In this document: one piece after another, positions 36,892 through 44,985 of the stretch
Position numbering within the stretch: the first letter of the stretch is position 1
Layout of the letters: the number at the start of each line of letters is the position of its first letter
DNA from: an uncultured Candidatus Saccharibacteria bacterium
Lineage (GTDB): Bacteria > Patescibacteriota > Minisyncoccia > Phycocordibacterales > UBA9973
Assembly: GCA_964613525.1 (NCBI GenBank)
Contig: CAZTIN010000001.1
Location: 1 to 49,141, forward strand
DNA length: 49,141 nucleotides
Direction: 5' to 3'
Program-made: the position numbers and the translations under genes
Notes under the pieces: model-generated
What the model was told of the DNA's origin: nothing
The model's input: the letters and a program-made list of their open reading frames with translations, nothing else
The model's database searches: none

Positions 36892-37812
36892 TTATTTTCT
36901 TTTAGTTAAAATTTCAGTAGCTTTACTGAGAAGTGGAATAATGTTTTCGTAGAGATTTAGATTAGGAATATTAGCAAGAGGAAACCACTGTACATCATCC
37001 AGGCCACCTTCTTTATGGAGTTTAAGATCAACGAAGTCAGATTTAGCTAGGAAATATACTGCTTCTTTTTTGATTTTACCTTTTACTGGGTGTGATGCGA
37101 TGTATTCATTGCGACCAAGTTCGTCTTCGACTTTGACATCGATACCCAACTCTTCCTTGATTTCGCGTGCAGCACCAGCTTTTTCGTCTTTGATATCATC
37201 AATACCGCCTTTGGATAAAGTCCAGAAACCAAATATGTCATGAACAAGCGCAAAATAAATACTATCTTTGTATTCAGCGTAAATTACAGCACCTGCTTTT
37301 TTCTCAACAGGTAATGTATCAGGGTCAACTATTACAGGTTGCGGGTTTTTTACTCGGCGTACACCATTCTTACCAGTATCTTCTTTACCTGGTTCACCCA
37401 TTTCTTTGTAGACTGCACCAAGAACTCCATTAATAAATTTAGGGGAAAGATCACCGCCAAAAGCTTTGGCTAATTCTATGGCTTCGTTGATAGCAACTTT
37501 GGGTGGAACATCACCTTTGTCACCAAAGACAAGCTCAGCAAGTCCTATACGCAATATATTGCGGTCTATTATACCTATTTTCTCTATTGGCCATTCGGGC
37601 GCAGCCTTGACGATAATATCGTCTAATATACTACGCTTGACTAACACTAGTTTTGAAAGCTCTCGCGCAAAAGCTGCATCTGGGTGCCCTGGCGCGAACT
37701 CTTCAATATTACGTTCTATTATAGCTGGTACGGATTCCGTTATGAGATTACGAAAATCCCACTCAAAGAGTGACTGGAGTACTATCGATCTTGATAAATG
37801 CCTGTTTGCCAT
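36892..37812 (-). CDS. nusB: NusB antitermination factor fused to a C-terminal Nudix-like hydrolase domain (306 aa)
   Basis: Residues 1-~140: RSIVLQSLFEWDF...IDRNILRIGLAEL...AINEAIELAKAFGG...FINGVLG (NusB). Residues ~170-306: AGAVIY...GFWTLSKGGIDDIKDEKAGAAREIKEELGI (Nudix box REuxEExGu, with N-terminal spacing one residue short of consensus). Confidence 0.75.
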   Translation of the reverse strand: MANRHLSRSIVLQSLFEWDFRNLITESVPAIIERNIEEFAPGHPDAAFARELSKLVLVKRSILDDIIVKAAPEWPIEKIGIIDRNILRIGLAELVFGDKGDVPPKVAINEAIELAKAFGGDLSPKFINGVLGAVYKEMGEPGKEDTGKNGVRRVKNPQPVIVDPDTLPVEKKAGAVIYAEYKDSIYFALVHDIFGFWTLSKGGIDDIKDEKAGAAREIKEELGIDVKVEDELGRNEYIASHPVKGKIKKEAVYFLAKSDFVDLKLHKEGGLDDVQWFPLANIPNLNLYENIIPLLSKATEILTKRK

Positions 37813-37852
37813 AATAATTTAATAAAGAACTAAATGAAAAAGCGCATACGAA

Positions 37853-38065
37853 TTACTTCTTGCGCTTTTTCGCTATTTTCTTCTCCACTTTCTTTACAAC
37901 GTCAATTACCTTCTTGCCTTTATATTGACCAGTTTTAAGATCAACACGATGACGCAAGTGTACAGAACCTGTTTCTTTGTCAGTAACAGTTTTGATATCT
38001 TTAAGAGCGTGGTGTGAACGACGGTTGCCTGTGTGGCCCCGTGTGTGTCTCATTCGAATAACCAT
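37853..38065 (-). CDS. rpmF: 50S ribosomal protein L32
   Basis: MVIRMRHTRGHTGNRRSHHAL... Confidence 0.88.
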   Translation of the reverse strand: MVIRMRHTRGHTGNRRSHHALKDIKTVTDKETGSVHLRHRVDLKTGQYKGKKVIDVVKKVEKKIAKKRKK

Positions 38066-38071
38066 GAGGTA

Positions 38072-38100
38072 TTTATACCAAATAAAACGTTATTTTGCAA
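38072..38100 (-). promoter_or_regulatory. rpmF promoter TTGCAA-17-TGgTATAAA, 6 nt before the ATG
   Basis: Minus strand reads TTGCAAaataacgttttattTGgTATAAAtacctcATG. Confidence 0.55.
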
Positions 38101-38134
38101 GGGGCATCACCAGATGGAATTAAGACCCTGATTA

Positions 38135-38143
38135 TGGTAATAT
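38135..38143 (+). promoter_or_regulatory. thrS extended -10 box TGgTAATAT, 6 nt before the ATG
   Basis: ttaTGgTAATATagccttATG. Confidence 0.5.
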
Positions 38144-38149
38144 AGCCTT

Positions 38150-39916
38150 ATGGAAAACGGGGAAAATCTACCTAATATACGCCATACTTTGGCGCACCTT
38201 TTAGCTGCAGCAGCTATAACGAAATGGCCGGAAGCTAAATTGACGTTGGGTCCTGCAATAGATAATGGTTTTTACTATGATATTGATTTCGGTAATAACA
38301 AGGTTTCTGAAAACGATTTAGAATATCTTGAATCTAAGATGCGCGAAATTTTACCTAGCTGGACAGAATTCACTCATAAAGTTGTATCGCAAGATGAGGC
38401 GCTAGAATTATTCTCTGGCAATGAATACAAGACTGAATTAATAAACGAAATCGTAGGTCGTGGTGAAGAAATAACTCTTTACACTTGTGGAGACTTTACT
38501 GACCTGTGTCGTGGTGGCCATGCGGAAAATCCAGCAAAAGAAATCAAGTCTGACTCTTTCAAACTAGACCGTGTTGCTGGCGCATACTGGCGTGGTGATG
38601 AAAAGAATAAAATGCTAACACGTATATACGGACTAGCATTTAATACAAAAGAAGAACTCGATGCTTATACAGAAATGATAGAAGAAGCTCGTAAGCGTGA
38701 CCATAAGAAAATAGGTAAGGAACTAGGTTTGTTTACATTTTCCCCTCTTGTTGGTTCAGGTTTACCACTATGGACACCCAAAGGTACGATTGTCAGAGAG
38801 TTACTAAACGACTACGTTTGGAGTTTACGTAAAAAACACGGATATCAAAAAGTTTGCATACCTCATATAACAAAAAAAGATTTGTATGAAAAATCTGGAC
38901 ACTGGGCAAAATATAGTGATGACCTTTTCCGTATAGAGACACGCGAAAACCATCTCTATGCTATGAAGCCCATGAACTGTCCGCATCATACACAGATTTT
39001 CGATAGTGAACCGAAGAGTTACCGCGACATGCCGCAGCGCTATGCCGAAACAACAATGGTTTACAGAGACGAACAGTCTGGAGAATTGTCTGGACTATCA
39101 CGTGTACTATCTATTACACAAGATGATGCCCACGTATTCTGTAGAGAAAACCAGCTAGAAGAAGAAGCAATGCGCGTCTGGGATATAATAGAAACATTTT
39201 ATAAAACATTTGGTTTTGAACTAGAAGTAAGATTCTCGAGACGTGACATGGAAAACCTAGACCAATATCTAGGCAGTAGTGAAACTTGGGACAAAGCAGA
39301 AAACGCTATAAAGAACCTGATAAACTCCAAGGTTGATAATTTTATCGACGGCCCAGGTGAAGCTGCATTCTATGGGCCTAAAATAGACTTTATGGCTAAA
39401 GATTCTATTGGCCGCACATGGCAAGTAGCCACAATCCAAATAGACTTTGTTCAACCTAAGAATTTTGAACTAAGCTGTACAAATGAACAAGGATTAAAAG
39501 AAGATATTGTTATGATACACTGCGCTATCATGGGGTCGATAGAAAGATTCTTATCTACTTATATAGAACACACTGCAGGTAGTTTCCCTGTATGGCTGTC
39601 TCCTAAACAAGTCTCAATAGTTCCAGTTAATAATGATAAACACTTAGCTTTTGCTGAAGAACTATATAAAAAGTTAGATGAGCAAAATATCAGAACAAAT
39701 CTACTAGACAACAAAGACTCTCTTGGTAAAAAGATAAATGGCTCAAAAGCTCAAAAAGTTCCTTATGTTATTGTTATAGGAGACAAAGAAATAGAATCTG
39801 GAAACCTAACAGTAGAAACCCGTGATGGGGCCAAATCTACAGTGACTATACCCGAGTTTATTGATATAATTAATAAAGAAGTTAATGATAAAAACATTGA
39901 CCTCCTAATAAAATAA
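38150..39916 (+). CDS. thrS: Threonyl-tRNA synthetase lacking the N-terminal TGS domain
   Basis: Starts at the N2 editing-domain motif IRHTLAHLL...GPAIDNGFYYD. Class II core RDHKKIGKELGLF, MKPMNCPHH, FRDEQSGEL, plus a C-terminal anticodon-binding domain. Confidence 0.93.
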   Translation: MENGENLPNIRHTLAHLLAAAAITKWPEAKLTLGPAIDNGFYYDIDFGNNKVSENDLEYLESKMREILPSWTEFTHKVVSQDEALELFSGNEYKTELINEIVGRGEEITLYTCGDFTDLCRGGHAENPAKEIKSDSFKLDRVAGAYWRGDEKNKMLTRIYGLAFNTKEELDAYTEMIEEARKRDHKKIGKELGLFTFSPLVGSGLPLWTPKGTIVRELLNDYVWSLRKKHGYQKVCIPHITKKDLYEKSGHWAKYSDDLFRIETRENHLYAMKPMNCPHHTQIFDSEPKSYRDMPQRYAETTMVYRDEQSGELSGLSRVLSITQDDAHVFCRENQLEEEAMRVWDIIETFYKTFGFELEVRFSRRDMENLDQYLGSSETWDKAENAIKNLINSKVDNFIDGPGEAAFYGPKIDFMAKDSIGRTWQVATIQIDFVQPKNFELSCTNEQGLKEDIVMIHCAIMGSIERFLSTYIEHTAGSFPVWLSPKQVSIVPVNNDKHLAFAEELYKKLDEQNIRTNLLDNKDSLGKKINGSKAQKVPYVIVIGDKEIESGNLTVETRDGAKSTVTIPEFIDIINKEVNDKNIDLLIK

Positions 39917-39918
39917 TT

Positions 39919-40110
39919 ATGGACAATAACTTATATAACTTAGTGCTTCAGATGACTCAGGAGAGCAAATCTCTATGGCGCATAAAAAAAGAATATCTTA
40001 AAGATGCCAGCAAAGCTGCAGAAGTAAAAAAGTTCTGGCAAGATCTAGCTAAAGATAAAGAAAAACACCTTAAAGACATGAAGGCTCTCATTAAAAAATA
40101 TATGAAATAA
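39919..40110 (+). CDS. Hypothetical small Lys-rich protein, 63 aa
   Basis: ATG is 2 nt after the thrS stop; strong terminator downstream. No recognisable motif. Confidence 0.35.
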   Translation: MDNNLYNLVLQMTQESKSLWRIKKEYLKDASKAAEVKKFWQDLAKDKEKHLKDMKALIKKYMK

Positions 40111-40113
40111 AAG

Positions 40114-40138
40114 AAACCCGGCTAACTGCCGGGTTTTT
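40114..40138. terminator. Bidirectional terminator between 39919..40110 (+) and 40153..40674 (-)
   Basis: AAACCCGGC-taact-GCCGGGTTT followed by TT. Confidence 0.7.
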
Positions 40139-40152
40139 AATGTTTTTAAATT

Positions 40153-40674
40153 TTAAAATTCAACTTCTAAAACCTTAGTTTTTAATTCAAAAGATTTAAA
40201 TGGTCTAGAATTTAATTCATGTACTTTATTCCACTCTTCAAGAGCGCCTTTTGACGTTTCGTAATTCTTCATAAAAACAAGTTTATAAAGTAATCCTGAT
40301 TCAAAAAGAGGCCAATAGAAGTCTTCCAGAATTTCTCTTGGGTACACACCTGGTTTTTTAAGCTTTTGCATGGGGCCTTCGAAAGGCATCTGGTCAAAGA
40401 CATTTAAGCCCTCTGTTTGTAGATACTTAATTGTATTATTGAACGAATTTAAATTTGCAATAATACCATCCTCCTCACCCAAAAGATCTATGTGCCCTCC
40501 GGAGCCAATAGGTCCACAAACCTGATGAATTTTACCTTGTGGCATTCTAGAGATTACAGTTAGAGCGATGGGTAGCATTTCCTTAGCTGAAGTAGCTCTT
40601 TCTAATGCTTTCGATTCTTTGTCTGTCCAATAGAACAGCGTGATGTTGCTGATTTTTAATGCTGAAGTATTCAT
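40153..40674 (-). CDS. Hypothetical protein, 173 aa (weak resemblance to DUF4406 / nucleoside deoxyribosyltransferase-like folds)
   Basis: ORF with a TGgTATAGT box 27 nt upstream and a shared terminator downstream. The ...VCGPIGSGG...NLNSFNNTIKYLQTEGLNVFDQ segment is only loosely reminiscent of DUF4406. Confidence 0.45.
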   Translation of the reverse strand: MNTSALKISNITLFYWTDKESKALERATSAKEMLPIALTVISRMPQGKIHQVCGPIGSGGHIDLLGEEDGIIANLNSFNNTIKYLQTEGLNVFDQMPFEGPMQKLKKPGVYPREILEDFYWPLFESGLLYKLVFMKNYETSKGALEEWNKVHELNSRPFKSFELKTKVLEVEF

Positions 40675-40701
40675 ATTTGTATATTTTAAAACTTGCCTTG
40701 A

Positions 40702-40710
40702 ACTATACCA
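40702..40710 (-). promoter_or_regulatory. Extended -10 box TGgTATAGT for gene 40153..40674 (27-nt leader)
   Basis: Minus strand reads TGgTATAGTtcaaggcaag...ATG. Confidence 0.45.
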
Positions 40711-40727
40711 TAAAAATATAATAAATC

Positions 40728-40754
40728 AAAAAGAGGCCACTGTGGCCTCTTTTT
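40728..40754 (-). terminator. gyrB terminator
   Basis: AAAAAGAGGCCAC / GTGGCCTCTTTTT palindrome with a T-run. Confidence 0.7.
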
Positions 40755-40759
40755 GATTT

Positions 40760-42823
40760 CTAAATATCTAGATTTGCGTATTTAGCATTCGTCTGAATAA
40801 ATGATTTACGTGGTGCAACTTCGCTACCCATTAACATGTCAAATATTCTGTCGGCTTCTTCTGCATCTTCAACATGAACTTGTTTTAGAATGCGGACTTT
40901 TGGATCCATTGTTGTTTCCCATAACTCTTCGGCATTCATTTCTCCGAGACCTTTGTAACGCTGAATATGGAATTTATTAGACTTTTTCTTAACCTCTTCT
41001 TCGGATTCTTCTACAGCATCTACTGACTCAGATGATTCATCTTCTATTACCATATCCCCGGCTGATTCGCCTACAATACTGTCTCTTTCGGTATCAGAAT
41101 ATGCGTACCATATTTCTTTACCTTTTTTGATTTTAAATAGTGGTGGCTGAGCAATATAAATATATCCGCCATCAATTAATTCTCTAAAGTACCTATAGAA
41201 TAGTGTCAGAATAAGTGTACGAATATGCGCACCATCCACATCCGCATCAGTTGCAATAATTATCTTATGGTAGCGTAATTTAGTTATATCAAATGTATCA
41301 CCAATAGCAGTACCCATAGCAACAACAAGATTCTTAATTTGTTCACTAGCAAGCATTTTATCTAGTCTTGCACGTTCAATGTTCAAAATTTTACCACGTA
41401 GTGGCAATATTGCCTGAGTTCTACGGTCACGTCCCATTTTAGCTGTACCACCTGCAGAATCTCCCTCTACGATAAATAGCTCAGATTCTTCAGCAGATTT
41501 TGTCTGACAGTCGGCTAGTTTACCAGGTAGCGTCATGCCTTCTAGGGCTCCTTTACGAAGAACAGAGTCTTTTGCAGCTTTTGCGGCCTTGCGAGCGCGC
41601 ATAGCAAGCAATGACTTGTTTATGATAGCTTTAGCTTCATCAGGATTTTCTTCAAAGAAACTATTTAAAGCATCTCCAAATACAGTATTAACAGCGCCCT
41701 GAGCTTCAGTAGAACCAAGTTTGCCTTTGGTTTGACCTTCGAACTGAATTTCACGAAGCTTAACTGACACAACAGCAACAAGACCTTCTAGAACATCGTC
41801 ACCAGTGAACCCACCGTCGGCTTCTTTAGATAGATTAGCTTTCTTAGCGTATGAATTAATAACTCGTGTTAATGCCATCTTAAAACCAGTAACGTGTGTA
41901 CCATATTCTGGGTTAGCAATATTGTTAGCAAATGCAACAATTCTTGAAGACACATCGTCAACATAGCGGAATACTACTTCGACTTGAACATCTTCATGCT
42001 CTTTTTCGACATGAAAAATAGATGAATGTACTGGCTTTTGAAATTCTGTATAATGCTCAACCAAAGAACGTAGTCCTCCTTCGAAATAGAATGTGTGACT
42101 TGGTAATTCTAACCCCAAGTCTTTAAACCAAAATGTCTCATCTGGGTCAGTGTTCTTTTTTGTAAGAACAGCATCACCCATTTGGCGAGCATCTATAGTT
42201 GTTATATTAAGACCTTTGACAAGATAAGCTTGCTGTCTAAAATGGTTTACTATTGTATTCCAATTAAAATTACGGTCTTTGAATATTTCTTCGTCTGGTT
42301 CGAATGTTATAACAGTACCGCGTAATTTAGACTTTGCGATTTGTTTAACACTAGCTTTTTTCTTACCTTGAGAATATTCTTGAACAAACCTACCTCCATC
42401 GCGATGAACTTCGGCACGTGTATAAACAGAAAGAGCATTTACAACTGAAGCACCAACACCGTGAAGCCCTCCGGAAACTTTATATCCTTCACCACCAAAT
42501 TTACCCCCGGCGTGAAGCGTAGTCATAACAGTCTCAAGAGCAGAAACTTTTGTTTTAGGATGAACGTCCACAGGAATACCACGCCCATTATCAGCAACAC
42601 GAATACGATTACCAGGGAGAAGAGTGACTTCAATCCTATTACATTCCCCCGCCATAGCTTCGTCACGAGAGTTATCAAATATTTCCCAAACAAGGTGATG
42701 TAGGCCATCTATACCAGTAGAACCTATATACATCCCCGGCCTACGACGCACAGGCTCTAAGCCTTCTAGGACTGAAATATCCTCAGCTCCGTAGCCTTTA
42801 TTTGTTGCTTTTTTCTCTGCCAT
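40760..42823 (-). CDS. gyrB: DNA gyrase subunit B
   Basis: YGAEDISVLEGLEPVRRRPGMYIG, GLHHLVWEIFDNSRDE, GGLHGVGASVVNALS, TOPRIM ELFIVEGDSAGG, and IIATDADVDGAHI. Start set to ATG 42823; the track start at 42874 lies upstream of the TGtTATAAT box. Confidence 0.95.
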   Translation of the reverse strand: MAEKKATNKGYGAEDISVLEGLEPVRRRPGMYIGSTGIDGLHHLVWEIFDNSRDEAMAGECNRIEVTLLPGNRIRVADNGRGIPVDVHPKTKVSALETVMTTLHAGGKFGGEGYKVSGGLHGVGASVVNALSVYTRAEVHRDGGRFVQEYSQGKKKASVKQIAKSKLRGTVITFEPDEEIFKDRNFNWNTIVNHFRQQAYLVKGLNITTIDARQMGDAVLTKKNTDPDETFWFKDLGLELPSHTFYFEGGLRSLVEHYTEFQKPVHSSIFHVEKEHEDVQVEVVFRYVDDVSSRIVAFANNIANPEYGTHVTGFKMALTRVINSYAKKANLSKEADGGFTGDDVLEGLVAVVSVKLREIQFEGQTKGKLGSTEAQGAVNTVFGDALNSFFEENPDEAKAIINKSLLAMRARKAAKAAKDSVLRKGALEGMTLPGKLADCQTKSAEESELFIVEGDSAGGTAKMGRDRRTQAILPLRGKILNIERARLDKMLASEQIKNLVVAMGTAIGDTFDITKLRYHKIIIATDADVDGAHIRTLILTLFYRYFRELIDGGYIYIAQPPLFKIKKGKEIWYAYSDTERDSIVGESAGDMVIEDESSESVDAVEESEEEVKKKSNKFHIQRYKGLGEMNAEELWETTMDPKVRILKQVHVEDAEEADRIFDMLMGSEVAPRKSFIQTNAKYANLDI

Positions 42824-42833
42824 ATATAGAGCA

Positions 42834-42842
42834 ATTATAACA
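42834..42842 (-). promoter_or_regulatory. gyrB extended -10 box TGtTATAAT, 10 nt before ATG 42823
   Basis: Minus strand reads aTGtTATAATtgctctatatATG. Confidence 0.5.
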
Positions 42843-42858
42843 TATCTCGATACTAAAT

Positions 42859-42881
42859 AAAACCCTATTTTCAAGGGTTTT
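42859..42881 (-). terminator. Terminator of the 681-aa fibre gene
   Basis: AAAACCCT-tgaaaat-AGGGTTTT followed by ATTT on the minus strand. Confidence 0.55.
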
Positions 42882-42901
42882 ATCGGATTTTAGGCTTATT
42901 T

Positions 42902-44947
42902 TTAAAGCTCAATTTCTGACCCATCCGTTGGAATCTCTACAGGGCTATTTTCTTCAGAATTTTCGGTGTCTTCTGTACTTTCTGGCTCATCAATCAGAGC
43001 ATCGTCTTCTCCTACAGTAGGTTCAACGACAGCGGGAGTCTCAGCGATTGATTGACTCTTACTTTGAACAATATTAAGAAATTCAGACTCTGTAACACAC
43101 ACTTCCCCTACGCAAAGCTCGTGTGTTTTAACTCTATCAGCATATAGGATACTAGTGTATATTTCTTGTAAGGTATTGCCAGCATTTGATAAAAATATCT
43201 TTATCTTTGAAGCCAAAGTATTTTCAGAGGAAAAATCAAGCTTAGTAAATTCACTAAATTCAATATTCAAATCTTGTATACTTTTGACAATCAGCGGTGT
43301 CAATTGACTATAGGAGACTTTCCAATAGTCTTCTGGATTACTAGGCACAATTACAGCATCAGGATAAACTTCTTTTAATTCTTGAGCAATAAATCCATGA
43401 ACTTGAGTTCCAGGGTCTCTAATATAAGAGAAATCCCTAACTCTAATATTCATAAGATTATTAAGTCCAATATTTGTATCAACAATATTTTGTTTTAATC
43501 TTTCGTCAGAAGTTGTTGTAAGAGTCAGAGTACCAGTAACTAAAGATACAGTACCTATATCACCACCGTCACCATCATTGAACTGTACCCACCTACCAGC
43601 ACTAGGAGTATCAGCACCAGACTGAATTAATATTCCATATCTGTTATCATCATTTCCATCGTTAAAGAACCTAGCGGTATAGCTTGAAGCAGTATTATTA
43701 TTTACATCCAGCTTGTAACCAGGAGTAGATGTGCCTATTCCGACATCAGCATTATTACCAAGTATGACAGTATTACTCTGAGCAAGACTAGCTCCGGCAC
43801 CTACCGCAGTAGCGTTTGATATTGCATCAACTGTCCAAGTAGATCCTGCACCTAAAAATGTAAGACTTGATCCGGTAAGTCCTGACTGAGCTGAAGTTGC
43901 TGACCCATTACCTGCACCTGTACCAATGGCAACATTGTTTGAACCAGTCGTTAGCCTAGCTAAAGAGAGTACACCAACGGCTGTATTCCATCCGCCATTA
44001 ACTCTATACATAGACTGCCTACCGATAGCTACATTTTTATGACCAGATGAACCATTGTAACCATGAGCTGCAGTACTCAACGCCATTATATCTTGCCCGA
44101 TTAAGACGCTCTGATTTTGATAGCCTGTGCCTCCTATATTAGTACCAATAGCAATCAAAAGAGATCCATCTGTCTGGTTAGTATCATCATAGATTTCGCT
44201 ACCTAGTAAAATACTCTGAGTAAATGCAGTTGCAGTAGTTGTGGTCGAAAGAATGCTCTGACCTATTGCAATGCCTCCGTAATCGTTAATACCTGATGAA
44301 GGAGTAGAAGTTGATGTCTGTGCGGCAGCGCCAGCACCAATAGAGCGACCTAAGAAAATACTTAGATAATTATTTGCTGTTTGATTAGCGGCTTTCAGGA
44401 ATGAACTATTCTGATAAATAGTAGAATCTGTTTGCATGTATTTTGCATATAGTAAATTAGTAGAATCATCAAAAGTAAAGTTCGTATTATCTTGAGAAAG
44501 TAGTCCACTATTACCGAAAAATGGTACTGAGTTAAGAGTAAAATCAGAAAAATTTATATTACCGCTAGACGTAATACCCGCGGCGACGGCAATAGCTCCA
44601 GATGAGTTTATTTGAAATAAATCCCCGCTACCAACAGTAAACATAGCTAATGGTGTGTTATCCCCTATGCCTAGTCTATTGTTTGTATCATCCCAGAAGA
44701 AATTTGTATTATCTTCCAGCAAGGTAGTACCGTCAGAAAAAATTATAGACCCCGAGGTTAGGTCAGGTAGTATTTGTACGTAACAATCAGCATCACCAGG
44801 AGCACAACTTGGGTCAAGTTGCGCATCAGATGGGAAATATGGCAACGCAAAAGTCACACCTGTTCCAAAAACAGAAAACACTAAACAAGCAATTATAAAT
44901 TGCTTGTTTAGTGTTAAAAATTTTCTTAAACTTTTCAGTAAACTCAC
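42902..44947 (-). CDS. Tail-fibre-like surface protein (681 aa) with a C-terminal Peptidase_S74-type intramolecular chaperone domain
   Basis: GTG start 6 nt after a TGgTATAAT box. N-terminal signal/anchor FIIACLVFSVFGTGVTFALP. Gly/Asn/Thr-rich NxAxG-type repeats. ...TTSDERLKQNI...HGFIAQELKEVYPDAV...VSYSQLTPLIVKSIQDLN, then a Cys pair and an acidic tail. Confidence 0.7.
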   Translation of the reverse strand: MSLLKSLRKFLTLNKQFIIACLVFSVFGTGVTFALPYFPSDAQLDPSCAPGDADCYVQILPDLTSGSIIFSDGTTLLEDNTNFFWDDTNNRLGIGDNTPLAMFTVGSGDLFQINSSGAIAVAAGITSSGNINFSDFTLNSVPFFGNSGLLSQDNTNFTFDDSTNLLYAKYMQTDSTIYQNSSFLKAANQTANNYLSIFLGRSIGAGAAAQTSTSTPSSGINDYGGIAIGQSILSTTTTATAFTQSILLGSEIYDDTNQTDGSLLIAIGTNIGGTGYQNQSVLIGQDIMALSTAAHGYNGSSGHKNVAIGRQSMYRVNGGWNTAVGVLSLARLTTGSNNVAIGTGAGNGSATSAQSGLTGSSLTFLGAGSTWTVDAISNATAVGAGASLAQSNTVILGNNADVGIGTSTPGYKLDVNNNTASSYTARFFNDGNDDNRYGILIQSGADTPSAGRWVQFNDGDGGDIGTVSLVTGTLTLTTTSDERLKQNIVDTNIGLNNLMNIRVRDFSYIRDPGTQVHGFIAQELKEVYPDAVIVPSNPEDYWKVSYSQLTPLIVKSIQDLNIEFSEFTKLDFSSENTLASKIKIFLSNAGNTLQEIYTSILYADRVKTHELCVGEVCVTESEFLNIVQSKSQSIAETPAVVEPTVGEDDALIDEPESTEDTENSEENSPVEIPTDGSEIEL

Positions 44948-44953
44948 AAAGAG

Positions 44954-44962
44954 ATTATACCA
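44954..44962 (-). promoter_or_regulatory. Fibre gene (681 aa) extended -10 box TGgTATAAT, 6 nt before GTG 44947
   Basis: Minus strand reads tcTTGgTATAATctctttGTG. Confidence 0.5.
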
Positions 44963-44985
44963 AGAAAAAATGATTTATTTAAATT

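Noticed and set aside
42824-42874. Longer N-terminal extensions from the ORF track (gyrB 42874, DUF3298-like 5089, DsbA-like 18926, lipoprotein 14358, proS 13935, trmD 30636)
   Set aside because: The extensions are unconserved relative to family N-termini. They overlap or precede the predicted -10 boxes, so downstream starts are preferred.
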